Positions 1-13,640 of a DNA stretch of 64,000 nt are shown here, in pieces. Location of the stretch: NCBI GenBank assembly GCA_013239625.1, contig MU053810.1:186001-250000 (forward strand). Reading direction: 5' to 3'. A program made the translations under genes and the position numbers. Source of the stretch: Lama guanicoe (Eukaryota). How positions within the stretch are numbered: position 1 is the first letter of the stretch; each line of letters starts with the position of its first letter. Below the pieces are notes generated by a model, which did not search any database, was not told the DNA's origin, and saw nothing but the letters and a program-made list of their open reading frames with translations.

Positions 1-394
1 AGACTCAGAATCTAAAGACAAGTTAATAGGGCCCTAATTTATGACAAGTCTAAAAAATGCATTTTAATTCCTTTGTCCAACTTTAATTGATTATACGTAT
101 TTATATTCATTCTAGTGTTTCTCAGCCAATCTCTACTGAAAATCTTATAGTAGCTCTGTGGGACAGCACATGCATTTAGGAAACATGAGAAAGATCTAAC
201 AATGCTTTCAAAAAACCACAACCCAAATAAAAATTGTCTACCTATTGTTCAGACTTGATTAGATCTGCAGAGTTCAAGTTTACTTTCTATCAATGACATT
301 GACAAATGTGCAAGGTCACAGCTGCCCACTGCAGGGTTTCCAGGCTCTAGGTCACCTTGCTACCTGTTGAAACATCACATATTTTTATCTTTCT

Positions 395-722
395 AATTCC
401 TATTCACCATTCAGATCCTAGTCTGAATAGCACTATTTCAAAAAAGCTTTTCTTGACCTGTTGACCCCTAGACCAGATTAGGTCCTTCCTTCCTCCGTTA
501 CACTTTCTCTTAGCATCTGTATCTCTGCACAGCACTCACCAGGCAGAACTAACTATTGGCACATTTGTCTGGGCGATGCTTGTCCTCCTACTCCACCCCC
601 GCCTATTCCAGATTGTGAACTACACCAAGGCAGCCAGCCACTTTTCTGACAGTTTCACCCAGAGCCTAGCAAGGTATCTGACATAGACAAAAAACTAACT
701 AAATCCATGTTGAATAAACAAA
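395..722 (+). mobile_element. L2 3' end
   Basis: Degenerate L2 terminal motifs (agattgtgaact...gagcctagcaagg...tgttgaataaa). Confidence 0.65.
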
Positions 723-829
723 GATGTTGCACATGCGAGCAAATACACATACACACACTAGAAAACAGTGAGTGTGATCTGGTGTAGCTGGGCATGGCAC
801 ACTCAAGCAGTCAAGCACATCCTCAAAAC

Positions 830-1910
830 ACGTACCGTATAGAAACTTGTACATAAATGTTCACAGAAAAATTATTCACAATAGCCAAATGTCCATCAGC
901 TGATGGTTAGATGAACAATGGTACAGCCATATAATTCATACAAGGACAGTTATTCAGCCACTAAAAAGAGTGCAGTACCCCCAGTGTTCACAGCAGCACT
1001 ATTTACAATAACCAAGACATGGAAACAGCCTAAATGTCCATCAACAGATGACTGGAGAAAGAAGATGTGGTATATTTATACAATGGAATACTATTCAGCC
1101 ATAAAAATGACAACATAACGCCATTTGCAGCAACATGGATGCTCCTGGAGAATGTCATTCTAAGTGAAGTAAGCCAGAAAGAGAAAGAAAAATACCATAT
1201 GAGAGCACTCATATGCGGAATCTAAAAAAAAAAAAACAAAACCAGATCATAAATACAAAACAGAAACAGACTCATAGACATAGAATTCAAACTTGTGGTT
1301 GCCAGAGGGGAAGCGGGTGGGAAGGGACAGATTGGGAGTTTGAAATTTGTTACCAACAGGCATATGTAAAATAGATAAACAAGATTATACTGTATAGCAC
1401 AGGGAAATGAATACAAGATCTGTGGTAGCTCACAGCGAAAAAGAATGTGACACAATGAATATATGTATGTTCATGTATAACCGAAAAATTGTGCTCTATA
1501 CCAGAAATTGACACAACACTGTAAACTGACTATAACTCAAAAAAAAAAAAAACAGGAGTGCAGTACTGTTATACATGGCATAACCCTGCAAACACATACA
1601 AAACATTATGCTACGGGAAAGAAACTGGACACAAATGTCCGCATTTTGCATGATTCCACGTATATGAAATGCCCCAGAGAGGCAAATCTATAGAGATGTA
1701 GACTCGTGGTTGCCAAAAGCTGAGAGGAAGATGAAACAGGAAATGACCACTAATGGGTACAGAGTTTATTTGGGGGGTGATGAAACATTTGGGGGAGTTA
1801 CAGAGTGGTGATAATTGTACCGTCTTGTGGATGTACGAGAAACCATTGAACTGTATTCCTTAAAAGGGTGTATTTATGGTATGTGATTTATATCTCATTT
1901 ATTTTTAAAA
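830..1910 (+). mobile_element. Old L1M (L1MB-like) 3' end, interrupted by a younger L1
   Basis: aaatgttcacag...caatagccaaatgtccatca on the left; continues after 1556 to tatgtgatttatatctca. Confidence 0.75.
979..1555 (+). mobile_element. Young camelid-type L1 3' fragment with TSD
   Basis: ORF2 C-terminus (FTAALFTITKTWKQPKCPSTDDWRKKMWYIYTMEYYSAIK), 3' UTR and poly-A. TSD gagtgcagtac at 968-978 and 1556-1566. Confidence 0.92.
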
Positions 1911-2494
1911 AATGCCCTCTTTCCTTTTTCTAGACCCATTATTTTATCGCCCAACGTGCACAAGGCATTTATACCAACCTGAGAAGTAGGCTAGTGTTTT
2001 GCCTTGGCCATTTAACCAACAGAATTTCCTCCTTTGTCTTGGTTTATCCTTTGTATCTTCCCCATACCTGCTCTGTCTTTCCTTCCTGATGACGTACAAA
2101 GGTGGTCTCTCATTGGCGCTAACACTTCCTCTCTTGCAGCCTGCTGTCTTACACGCACCTACACCTGCTCTAACAGCCCTCATTTCAAACATCGGTTCTT
2201 CTCTTAAGGAACAAAGTAGAAGAACTATAAAGCACAGAGAACTCTGTCAGATGTGTTATTCTTAGCTGACCTTTGGGACTCAACCACTTAACAAAGGAAG
2301 TTGGAGTCTGTCTCTCTGGAAGCAGCCTCTAGTTAGTTACTTCTCCCAAGGACTCACGTCATGTGACCTCAAGTAACTGTCAAATGCGAGTCTTTTTTAT
2401 TCTTATCAATATATCCCTCAGTTAAGAACTTCACTGCGTTAATACTTCACTAAAGTGATTTGCTTTGAAATAGACCAGGAGTCATTTTTAAAAG

Positions 2495-2650
2495 GGGATA
2501 TGCTAATCAGGGTAATAAAAATGCTCTCACAGTGGATTAGAGTGATGGTTGTATAACTTGGTAAATTTACTAAAAATCACTGATTTGTACAGTTAAAATG
2601 AGTGCATTTTATGGTATATGATTATACATCAATAAAGTCTAAAAACAATA
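2495..2650 (+). mobile_element. L1M 3' terminal fragment
   Basis: gtgatggttgtataact...atggtatatgattatacatcaataaag. Confidence 0.7.
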
Positions 2651-2739
2651 AATTGTGGGGAGTGGAAGGGGGAGATGTGGGTGGAAGTAGAGGCAGAGCA
2701 AGATGGGTGGAGGGTGACAGAAAAGGAGGCGGTGATGGG

Positions 2740-2964
2740 CGCGTGCAGTGGGTACCGCTGGGGCTGTCGGGCGCTCGCCTGGGGCCAGGGTTCTCCGAAC
2801 CGGCTAAGGACTTCGCTGAAACTGCCTTGCAGCTCACCTCCTCCTTGCCCTGTCTGGCTTCCTTCACTCCAGGCAGATACGGATCCCAACAGCTCTTCCC
2901 AGAAAATAACCTGCTCCCAAAGCCCTCCTTCAGGACCTGTGTCCAGGGAACCAGACCTAAGACA
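2740..2964 (+). mobile_element. LTR16-like ERVL LTR, 3' part
   Basis: Ends ...gtgtccagggaaccagacctaagaca, the typical LTR16 terminus. Confidence 0.7.
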
Positions 2965-4439
2965 GGCACTTCATATATTCTTCCTACATTTATAAGTGTT
3001 TAAAGTTTTTCATAGCAAGAAGTAAAAAAAAACTAAACCAAAAGAAAACCTAGAAGTTCCCCAAACTCAAGTACCACAAATTCTGGGAAAATGATCCAGG
3101 ATGTTTCACAGACGCTGCTGCCAACGCTAAACCTGCCGTCTGATGAGCTCTAAGTTGGAAACCTGCCACCGCAGCGTCAGTGCCTCCCTTGCTCTTTCTC
3201 CCTCCCGGTCTGAAGGACCGTGAGACGCACTTATCCACCTGTTCACATGCATTTGTTGAACTCAGAGGGTCTCCTCTTCCCCTGCCTGTGACAATTTTAA
3301 GAGTGTGTGTTCTCTGCCAAACACAGAGAAAGGAAGACAAGGACATCGAGAGTAGTGAGACCCTCAGAAAGACAATGAGATGCAGGAACGTCTTGAATTT
3401 TGAGTCCTTTTCCCTACATTTACTATAATTGCGCTCTCTGCTAGGAAGCCTATAGGCGGGAGGATAAGATTTCAGTGGTTAAATTATTTGAATACTGTCA
3501 CATTTTAGACGGCATTCCACATATTCCATCTATAATAGCAAAGGATGATCTGGAAAATCCCCTTTCCTTAAAGAGTCTGGGAGCTACCGATAATCCAAAA
3601 CTGCTTTGCTTAAAAAAATCCCAAACACTATAAGGAATCTCTAATTTTCTTACCATGATTAACTCCCCTTGGCCCATTACATGAACGCTGGTCCTCTACT
3701 AAATGTCCTCAAAGAGATGTATATTATTGACTGTTATGTATGGTAGGTCCAAATAATGCCCAGCACTATGGACTGTGCTGTCCTATGCAAAAAACAAAAA
3801 AAAACAAAAAAACTCTCCTAAGGAGGCACTGCCTTCCAAATTCTTGCAATTCGTTCCAGAACTGCTACCTACTTGTGCCTTGTTCAGTGTTTTAGCTTCT
3901 CTAGTTGGCAGCCCACCTGTCTTCATTGGTCTGTCCTGTCTCCCTCCCTGGTTCCATCTTCTGCTTCTGATCTTGTCTCTCCCCCTTGATGTGGTCCCTC
4001 CATCAGTGGATCATTCACGTTCAACACACAGCACTCTCCTACTTGCGGAATTTCCCCTACAGGCTGGCCTCTGTGCACGCCTTCCCACAACCCCAAACCA
4101 GGGGTGCCAGGGAGCGCTGCCCGAGAAGAGAGGAGGGGACCAAGGGAGGGGCTGGATACAGAGAGAGAAACACACAGTGAGAAATCAGGAAAATCAAGCC
4201 CCAAATGACGCCACGAACTAGCAAACGGCACTGCTCTGTCACCATGCTACTGAATCACACTTTTACAAGTTAGGAAAACCAGTTGGCATAATAACGTATT
4301 TCAACTCTTAACCGTTGTCAGTCTTTACTTCTCAAAAACATCTGTGTAATGGCAACACGAGTTTTCTACTTCCTTACCCCCCAAAACCCTCAATCACCCA
4401 GGCTGAGAGTGCTTTTGTGGAAGTCCAGAGCTCCAGAGG

Positions 4440-5490
4440 AGATGTCCTAGCATGTCACCGGAGCAAAATAAAATCTGAGACTGGATCCACTGAGAAGGGC
4501 CAGAGGACTGGTTTCAATTTGCCCGTGCCAGCCTCCCCCAGTCAGCACAGCTCAGAGCTGAGGGAGAACTTCTCAGCCTGTGCTTTCCCCCAGGAAGGGA
4601 GAGTGAGGGCGTGCGAGTGAGCGCCCGGCTTCCCCAGTCGTGCAGGACACTGTCAAAGAGACCCACGTCTCCCCCAGCCTGTCCACAAAGCGGTGGCGTG
4701 CTGTGTGACTGCAGGGCGGGGAGAGGCTAGAGGAATGACAGCCTGGGCTCCTGGAGGGCAAAGGGACACGGATTCCACCAACAGCTTTGCTCACTCCATC
4801 AGGAAGCCCACCCATCAGCCACAGGGAAGACGACCTGTAAATCCATCAGCTCACCCCTGGGTACCACCAGCGCTCCATGCACCTGACACTCAGAGGAGGA
4901 CAAAGAGTGAAGAAAGCCTATGTGAACGATGGACACCATTAAGAGAAATAATTCACACGTTATTGGAACCTACAAGGGGCAGAAAGCTTATTCAAAGAAA
5001 TAATGGCAAAGAACTTCCCAAACCTGGGGGGGAAATCTGAACATCCAAATTCATTAAGCTTGTAAGTTCTCCCCAAATTTCAACCCAAAATGGTACTCTT
5101 GAAGACACGTTATAATAAAACTGCCTAGAACCAAAGACAACGAGAATTTTAAAAGTAGCAAGAGGGGGAAAAAGTTCCTCTCCTGTAAGGGAACTTCCAT
5201 AAAGCTATCAGGCGGCTCCTCAGCAGACACCCTGAGGGCCAGGAGACGGTGGGATGACACAGTCGCACGAAGTGCTGAAATGAGCTGCCAACCAAGAATG
5301 CCTTACAACAGCAAAGCTGTCCTTCAGAGATGAAGGCGAGAGAAAGACTTTTCCATCAACCGCTAGACCTGCCTCACAAGAAGTGCTGAAAGGAGTGTTT
5401 CAAGCCGAACTGAAGGAGTGCTAATTAGTAACATGGAAACATAGGAACACACATAACACTCCAAAGGCAAGGAGGTAGTAAAAGGCTGTG
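4440..5490 (+). mobile_element. Old L1M 5' region and degenerate ORF1
   Basis: From about 4895: aaagaaataatggcaaagaacttcccaaac, agcaaagctgtccttcaga, gaagtgctgaaaggagt (ORF1 motifs). The upstream part resembles an L1M 5' UTR (less certain). Confidence 0.7.
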
Positions 5491-5904
5491 CCAGAGAGGA
5501 GAAAGGGAGGGACAGGCGGAGGAGAGGGGAGTGACAGCACAGTCCTCCCCATCGGGGAGGGGGCTCATGGGTTACTGGGAGCACCGGGGGCTGGCAGAAG
5601 CCCTGGCATTTGGCACCACGGTCACGGGGATCTCAGGGTGAAAAGAGGGCACATTTCAGGGCTGCAGGTCTGGCTGTCCTCCACGGCAGAGGCTTCCAGC
5701 CAGTGCCAAATCTGAACAAAGGGAATCCACAGCATTCACTGGCTCAGCGCTTCTTTAAAATTCCTCAACGTGCCTACAGTGGAATTTCAATCAAAGTCAG
5801 CTTAGCCTTCTTTTCCCTGCAACCTAAGCGTGCTGCCAGCCAGCTCTCAACCCTCCAGCAATGGGGTACGGGGCGGGGTGGGTATGAGGACTTCAGGGTT
5901 TATT

Positions 5905-6420
5905 GTTTTTTTTTTTTTTTAAATAGACTTTCTTTTAGAGTAGGTTTAGGTTCACAGCAAAACTGAGGGGATGGTATAGAGATTTCCCGTTTCCCCCGAC
6001 CCTCACACATGCATGGCCTCCCTCGTTATCCACAGCCCCTGCCAGATGGTGCACTTGCTGCAACTGATGATGTTGATGCGCTGAAGATGCACTGACACGT
6101 CATCGTCGCCCAGAGTCCACAGCTGACGTTAGGGGTCATTCTTGGTGGTGTACATTCTATGGGCTTGGACAAATAGTGGCATGTCTCTACTATGACAGTG
6201 GCACAGAGTATTTTCACTGCCCTAAAAATCATCTGTGCTTTGCCTATTCACCCCATCCCCTTAACCCCAGGCCAGCGCCGATCCTCTGCCATCTCCATAG
6301 TTCCACCTTTTCCAGAATGCCACTGTAGTCAGACACGTGCAGCCTTCTCAGATGCTTTCCTTCATTTAATAATATGTACTGTGTCCTCCATGCCTTTTGA
6401 GGGCAAGTACCTTTCATTTC
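5905..6420 (-). mobile_element. L1MC-type 3' end
   Basis: Poly-T followed by aatagacttt...ggttcacagcaaaa...cttggtggtgtacattctatggg...cactgccctaaaaatc. Confidence 0.85.
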
Positions 6421-6659
6421 ATCTCTTTCTCTCTCTCTCCACCTCTCTCTCTCCCTCCCTCTCTCTTTCTCTTTCTTTTAAGGAAAGACACTGACTGACT
6501 GTGCCGCTCCATAACTCTGTGGGGATTAGAACCTGCCAGGCTGCCAGCTGCTCCCTGCTCCAAGGTCAGAGCAGAATATTCTAAGTAGGGTTTGGTGACC
6601 TGGGCCAAAGGCCGCAGACAGAGGGCTGGCCCCATGTTGAGTGAGAGTGTCCAACTCCT

Positions 6660-8205
6660 TCCAGGGAGACACGCCTCTGCCCGTGTCACTGTGCGGATGG
6701 CAGGGGTGAACATCCCGGGAGCTGGAGGTTGAATCCTTGTTCCCCGACTTCCAGCTCCCTGGAATCCTGAGTCTCTGAAGGCCTGAGTCTCTCAAGTCCT
6801 TCACCAGAGCGCCCCTCAGATCCATAATCTTCACATCAGGCATCCTCCTCTCTGATCGCCACCTTGCAGCTTCCCAGCCCACTTCCTCTAGTGCCCGACT
6901 CCAGGGATCCTTCAGGCCCCTCGGGCCTCCCAATCCATCTTCTCCATCTGTCATCTTTTCATTGTCCCTGCTCACCTCCACGCTCTCTCTCGCTCCTTTA
7001 ACCAGCTTCAGTTCCACAGCCAGTCATTACAACTGCCCCTTCCACACACCCTTGCTCCTCCCCTGTCTCCTCTACTCATCAAAGCTACGACCCTGGTTGA
7101 TCCAACTCTGCCTACTCTGCGCCTGACCCCGCACAGCTGAACACGGCAGGAGATGACACACGAGCACCCGAGGGCCCCACTTCAAACTCCTGACCATGCT
7201 GACCTGCGACACTGCCTGGCATCGTATTCTCTTTCCTGACACGTTCTGACTCCATCAGGCAGACATCCATTTCCCACCTTCTCCTCTCCTCCAACCACTG
7301 TTTCACTAGACTTTCAGCCAATGACCTGGTTGGTTTCCTCCTTCTCTTGAGAAAACTGAAACAATCAGAAGAGAATGTCCACAGACTCTCACCCTCTAAA
7401 GCATCCACACCAAGTCACTCTGTCCTTTCGTAGTTACCTACGCCTGATCCTTCCAAAGCAAATCCTTCAGCCTGGGCACCGATCTCATTCCCTGGTTCAA
7501 GGGCCCGGTCTGAACACCTTTGCTTACCTCCCTCCACAGTGTCGGCCTGTCCTCTCTGAGGATCACCCTCACTGAAATACAAGTACACTGAACCTTTCCT
7601 CATTAAAACAAAACAAAACTCTTATCTTGATCTTGCTTCCCCTGCCAGCTACTGTCCTATTTCTCTTGTCTCCTTGGTAGCAAAGCAAAAATACACCCTC
7701 TACACTCAAATTTAAATCCTCTCTGCAGAATTCTCTCTGAACCCCTCACCTTCAATCAGGCCTGTGCCCTACCTAGCACATCACTGACAATCACCAACGT
7801 AGCGATTCTCCACTACTCAACGCAGCCATCAAGTCTCTGTCTTCAATTTCCTGGACCCACCAGTGGCAGGGGACACCGATGGCCTTGGCTTCCTCCCTGA
7901 AACACTTTCTTGACTCACTTTCCAATCTATTGCTCTGGGTTTTCTGCCCCACTCACCAGTCACTCCCCTTCAGTCTCCTTTTGTGACTCTTCCTCTGTCT
8001 CCAGCCCCTAAATGCTGGGAAGCACAGGCCTCAGTCTTCAGTCTCCTCTCTGTCTATCCTCACTACCTTGGGGACCTCATCCTGGGTCACAGATAAAACT
8101 GTCAATGACTCTCTACAGCTCACACCTCTAGCCAAAATGTACTGAATTGCCTATTCGAACTCTCCAGTTGGGTATGTCTCAGACACTTCCAACTCAGCGT
8201 TCCAA
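6660..8205 (+). mobile_element. L2 internal (ORF2) segment
   Basis: Long pyrimidine-rich tract with L2 motifs (ccccacttcaaactcctgacc, ctcctccctgaaacactttct, cttgggacctcatcc). Confidence 0.75.
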
Positions 8206-8207
8206 GA

Positions 8208-8527
8208 AGAAACAGACCCAGTAACACAGAAAACAAAAGTAAGGCTACCAAAGGAGAAAGGGAGGGGAGGGATAAATTAGGAATTAGGGATTAACAGATA
8301 TACACTACTATATATAAAGTAGACAAACAAGAACCTACTGTACAGCACAGGGAACTAAACTCAGTATCTTATAACTTATAATGGAAAAGAATCTGAAAAA
8401 GAATAGATAGATACATGTATAACTGAATCACTTTGCTAAGTACCTGAAAATAACACAACATTATAAGTCAACTATACTTCAGTAAAATTAATCAATAAAT
8501 AATTTTTAAAAAGAGAGAAAAAAAAAG
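8208..8527 (+). mobile_element. Cetartiodactyl-type L1 3' end
   Basis: gggataaattagga...tacagcacagggaacta...aactgaatcactttgct...caactatacttca plus A-rich tail. Confidence 0.88.
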
Positions 8528-10629
8528 ATTTGTTGAATGAAAGACATACACAGAACTGCCCTGTCTCTTGTTCCGAAACTCCACTGTTCTGGAAACAATA
8601 TTACGCCCAACCAGAATGACACGCGGGCACAAAGGATGGCAGCCGTCAGAGTACTGATGCCCTGAGTGAGGCTGGAAGGCTAACTTCAATGATTTTTCAG
8701 ATTGCCCATGTGTTGGATTACCTTTAACTTTTTTTCTCCTTGTTATAGACTCTGTAGTTGTTATGGCTGCACATTCTAAGCAGTGAGACTGCGTGTCATC
8801 ATCTCCAGCACTGTAATCTCTTCTAGGCTTTTCTTAGGTAAGCGACTGACCAAAGAGTAAGTGAGGTCAGAAACTCACGGGTACACACACGCACACACAC
8901 ATCGAAAGCCAAACAACAGCAGCCACCTCAGTGGAATCGCTGACTTTGGCAGTGCAGCTCTGCAGCATGAAAACGCCAAGGGGCCGGGGGAGGTCGAGTG
9001 AGTGGAGCTTAAGGGGCAGATAGAGAAATCGGTCTGCCTCATCCCGGGCAGCCGTCAACAGCACAAAGACAGCATCTCCTCATGATGGTTTTAGAAGCAA
9101 GGTCGCTGGCTTGGTCTTATTACCACACGGATAATGCAGTGGAGCACCGCTCCTTCCCAAGGGCTAATTCCTAGCCTCCCGTTCCTACACATGGACCATG
9201 TCAAGCCACTGAGCTCTGCCCTGGTGCCAATTCCCCATCACAGGCTGTCTCAGCCCTGCAGTGGCGAGTCCCCTCAGAAAGGGGCTCTGCTAACGGGCTA
9301 AAATTATCACACAATTCCTGTACAGGCATACCCAGTCCTGCCCAAGGATCTGTACAAGCAGCCCCCTGGGTTCACACAGCAGACAGGGCTGTCGCTGCAA
9401 GATGTCAGCACAAGATGGATTGCTGGAAAGACATGCACTGTTTCCTCAGACCCTGAATTTCAAAAGCTGCAAATCTGCCACACTTAGCAAGACAGGCGGT
9501 GCCGTGACGGTACCAGCCCCCTCACGCACGATGCAAGTCCAGAATCGCAGCTCAGCGCTAGGGAGGCATCTCTGCTGTGCTCTCAGGGAGACATTTCAGT
9601 GTCTCTTCCAGTTTAAATGGCTCTGAGCTACTTGGAAACATGCCACATTTTAAACATTCTGTGGCTCTTAGATGCATCGTACGATCTACAGTGTATACCC
9701 CAGAATCTGACCTTGTGCAAAACCAAATAAAACATTTAATAAGCCTCATGGCCTTGGTGCTAAGAGCTGTGTTCGCCGTTGTGATGGACTTTGAGGGCCG
9801 CCACATGGTGTGGAAGAGTGTGCCCCAAAGACACCCTCATCCCAGGATGTGCCACTTCTGCCTGTGAGCGTTGCATTTATCATCCCCGTGATCATGCTTG
9901 TTCTGCGAAATATAATGGCTCAGTACACACTGTACAGAATCTCAGCACAGACGTCAAAACACAGACTGCTTCGAATTCACATGCTGTCAGTACAAAAGCT
10001 ACTTGAAGCAAGATTTCAAGAACTATTGAATATCAGAACAGACTTGTGATAGCTGCTTTGTCCTCAGCAATTACTCAGCCTCAGACGACAAACAAAATCC
10101 TGGCTGGATGTTTTTGAGTCTTAATCTTTCTAACGTTTCTGGACTTGAAGGGGATTATCTTTAAAAGTCTGCAGAAGGCTTTAAGTTGCAGTCTATGGTA
10201 ATCAAAACGAGCCTTATTTCTGCTCCCCTTCTTTGGGAAGCCCCAGCTGTTGGCTTTTTTGGCCTCACCCCTTCACCCATTTCTCCTTTGCACGCTACAG
10301 AGCCCCTGGGTAGAACAGTCAGAGGACTGTGTAGACGGAGGGTCTGGATGTGATCGCAGGCACGGCTGTCAGGGGCATGGTTTGAACACAACTGTCCTCA
10401 GCCCGGCCTGGGAAGTCAGAAACCCAGCCCAGAGCTACCCTGGTTCCCGTGAACTTTTACCCGGATGCACAAGCAACTACAGAAGAATTTTAAAGAAATT
10501 TTAAAGAATTCTTAAAAAGCTTTTCTGATGGAAACTTAGGTGGGAACTGGGAACTCAAAACCCTCCCCACTTTTTGAAAACCAGTCATCCTAGGTAAAGC
10601 TTCGGACCCAGGAGACATGAGAGCAAACC

Positions 10630-10790
10630 CAAGCTCTATCACTCAGGCAAATCACTTTTCTCCCCAAGTCTTGGCCCACTCACCCATCCCAGAGTGGGTG
10701 TGAGGGTTTAATGAATAATATAAAGAGTTTAGCACAGCTTTGCTCTGTACCAGGAGTTCTATAAGTAACTACTAGTGATAATAACATATT
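10630..10790 (+). mobile_element. MIR fragment
   Basis: ggcaaatcact...gtgagggtttaatgaataatataaag...ttagcacag. Confidence 0.55.
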
Positions 10791-12058
10791 CTGATTGTGG
10801 CTTCCGCAGAATTGTTTTTAGGTAACTGTCTCTCTGAATTCTGCCTAACCAGATCTAATTAATGCCGACAGTCTGGAAGTCTGTTTCCTATTAGCCTTCA
10901 GTATTCCTTTTATAACCTTAAATGTCATCAATTCCACTTTATAGGCTAAGCAATAATCCTGATGAACTATTTATTAGCTAGAAAAAGCATATGGTTTGTG
11001 CATATGGATGAAATACTGAAAACTTTCCCCCTGGGAATTCCTTTTCAATGTGTTTGCAATGTGTGGGGAGAGTAGAAAAATGACCGTTTACTTTGTTTTG
11101 AAGATTTTAAGTGTTGCCTGTAAGTATGTTATGTAAACCATGGAATTTTAGAAAAAATAAATGATAAAAAAGATATTGGGGGGCATCCATTTTAAACATA
11201 TGCAATATCCAACTCCAAAATTTCATTCTGCTGTGGTCATCAACTGTGGAACAAAATTGGAAATCCTCCATAGCAAACGTTATTTTGATTATGTCTCCGA
11301 TGCTAAAAGTACTCAGAAGTACATTAAAAGGGTTCTGACCTTGAACATGTGTGAATCGGGAATATTCACTAAAGAGAGAAACACTCTATACAAACACCAT
11401 ACAATTCGGCAGCGTCTAATCTGCTAGGAAAACATGGTCCATTTCGGAAACGTTTATATCCCTTCCCTCCCAGGAACAGGTGCAGACATGCCTTACGATA
11501 GTATTCTTACGTGCTGGATCCCCCGACAAGGAAAGATGAATCCTGAGAAGATAAAGTATTAATTGACATTGCTGGTGGGTACTTACAGCTTTTTAAGGGA
11601 GCTGTTAAAAGTTGTCTGATTATTCACTATTCTGGATGAGTATTCTTTGAAAAAAATTTTAATACATCTGAGTAGAGTTTACATTTTACTCTTTCTTTTT
11701 TTTTGGCAGGTTTTTTTGGGTCTTTTTGTTGTCTTTTATAAAGGAAATTTTTTTCTAAATTCAAAAGATACTTCCAGGGGAGAAATAATAAAGTGCTATA
11801 CTCAATGTCGGTGTCACAGTACAATTTATGAGGTTAACAGACTGTTCAAGAAATTTAACTATCCTGAACAAGACCCTCTAGGCTCATGCATTTTAAGTAC
11901 TTTTTCCTCCAATTTCTCAGTAATGCACCATATTTTTTTCCTTATACCTTTTGAACCCCTTCACGCATTTCTCCTACCCCTCACCCTCCCACCCCTGGCA
12001 ACCCCCAGCCTGGGAGCTAGATTCTACCTATGCCTGATTTACATTTAGTCTCTCTTTA

Positions 12059-12144
12059 TTTTTTTAATTTTTATTTTTATTGAAGTATAGTTAGTTTACA
12101 ATGTGTTAGCTTCTAGTGTACAGCATAGTGATTCAGATAGATAG

Positions 12145-12175
<31 letters not shown>

Positions 12176-12309
12176 GATAGACAGATATTCCTTTTTATAT
12201 TCTTATTCATTGTAGGCTATTACAAGGAATTGAATACAGTTCCCTGAGCTCTACAGTAGGACCTTGTTGCTTATCTGGTTTATATGTAGTGGTGCGTATC
12301 TGCTAATCC
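12059..12309 (-). mobile_element. Cetartiodactyl-type L1 3' end with TSD
   Basis: tttattgaagtatagtt...cagcatagtgattca...cagttccctgagctctacagtagg. TSD ctctcttta at 12050-12058 and 12310-12318. Confidence 0.88.
12135..12187. repeat. (GATA)n microsatellite inside the L1 3' UTR
   Basis: Direct tandem AGAT run with minor interruptions. Confidence 0.95.
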
Positions 12310-13119
12310 CTCTCTTTAAAATGACTACTTTGTCCTTTTGTTTAGGGAGAAGACACCGTGTCTTTGCACTTGGATGTAAAGAAGCTTTGAGATGCCATCA
12401 CACGGGAGCATCCTAGTGCCTTACATCGGTGAGGATTTCCATAGTCGTGACCACAAAGTGCTTTCACGTGCATTTTCTAATTCAGCCCGTGGCAGTCTGG
12501 TGAGAAGCCAGGACAGGGATCTGCGGCCGATCTCACAGACAGAGGACTGTGGAGCAGACAGGCTCCCCAACTCCTCCCCAAACCACGTGGCTGAGGAGAA
12601 GCATGGCATGAAACTGCTGGACAAATGTGCTTACTTATTCTTTGAGAAGTTTAAATCTTTCAGAAACTTGGATGGAAGGAAATATGGCTTTAATACTTCC
12701 ACGATCACATCAAGCATCTCAGCGGTAGAAGCCGGGACACAGACAGAGCACATTAGGTCACCTCTTAGACCCGAGGGAGGGTCCTGAGGAAGGTGGTTGG
12801 GTGGGCCTTTATCCCTTTCAAGGCAAAAGGAGCATCTCTTTACATTTAAATCCCAGGCATCAGGTGCTTCTAAGTAGTAACACCTCCCCAAACAGCCTTT
12901 AAGTGCAAGAACTTTTCAGCATCTGTAACAACGTATTCAACTGCCTTCTTTAAAGCGGATTTACCAAGTTTTGCTTTTGTCCAGCAACCACATTCTGTTG
13001 TTATATCCAAGGGTGCCAAGGTACAGCTGTAATACACCTAAAGCTTGCCCTCCGGTTACAGAATCTCCTGCACTTAGAAACCAGCAAGGGTGTAAGTAAC
13101 TCCTACGAATTTTTAAATA

Positions 13120-13272
13120 TATACAAGATCTTGTGGTAGCTCACAGCGAAAAAAATGTGACAATGATTATATGTATACATTTTTCATGTATAACTGAAAA
13201 ATTGTGCTCTACACTGGAATTTGACACAACATTGTAAAATGACTACAACTCAGTAAAAAATGTTAAAAAAAA
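13120..13272 (+). mobile_element. Short camelid-type L1 3' end
   Basis: Closely similar to 1410-1552. Degenerate TSD aactcctacgaa / aattcctacaaa. Confidence 0.88.
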
Positions 13273-13409
13273 ATTCCTACAAAAACTTCTGTTTCGCAAT
13301 GTTAGGTCTGCATGGGGAATTCTGACAGGTAGAGTCCAGCACTGTGTCCATAATGAGTGCTTGTCCATAGGAGGGAGGCCCTGGGCTCCCCCAAACCTAC
13401 CGTCTCCCA

Positions 13410-13640
13410 CTTCTCCCATCAGATCTTCTCAACATTCATTACTGTCTGAAAGGACTGGATCATTCCTGTGCCAACTTGATTTCTGGGTTTCCCTCTACTA
13501 GATATGAGCTCTGTGAGCAGGGTCCTAGTCGGCTCCGTTCGCTGCTGTAGTCCTGGTGCCGAGAAAGGGTGTGTCACTTAGTAGATGCTCAGCAAATATT
13601 TTTTGGATGCATGAATGAGCAAATATATGAATGAATGGTG
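13410..13640 (+). mobile_element. L2 3' end
   Basis: tagatatgagctctgtgagcaggg...tagtagatgctcagcaaatattt...gaatgaatg. Confidence 0.8.

Noticed and set aside
4047..4056. NF-kB site (GGGAAATTCC on the minus strand)
   Set aside because: A single 10-mer with no supporting context.
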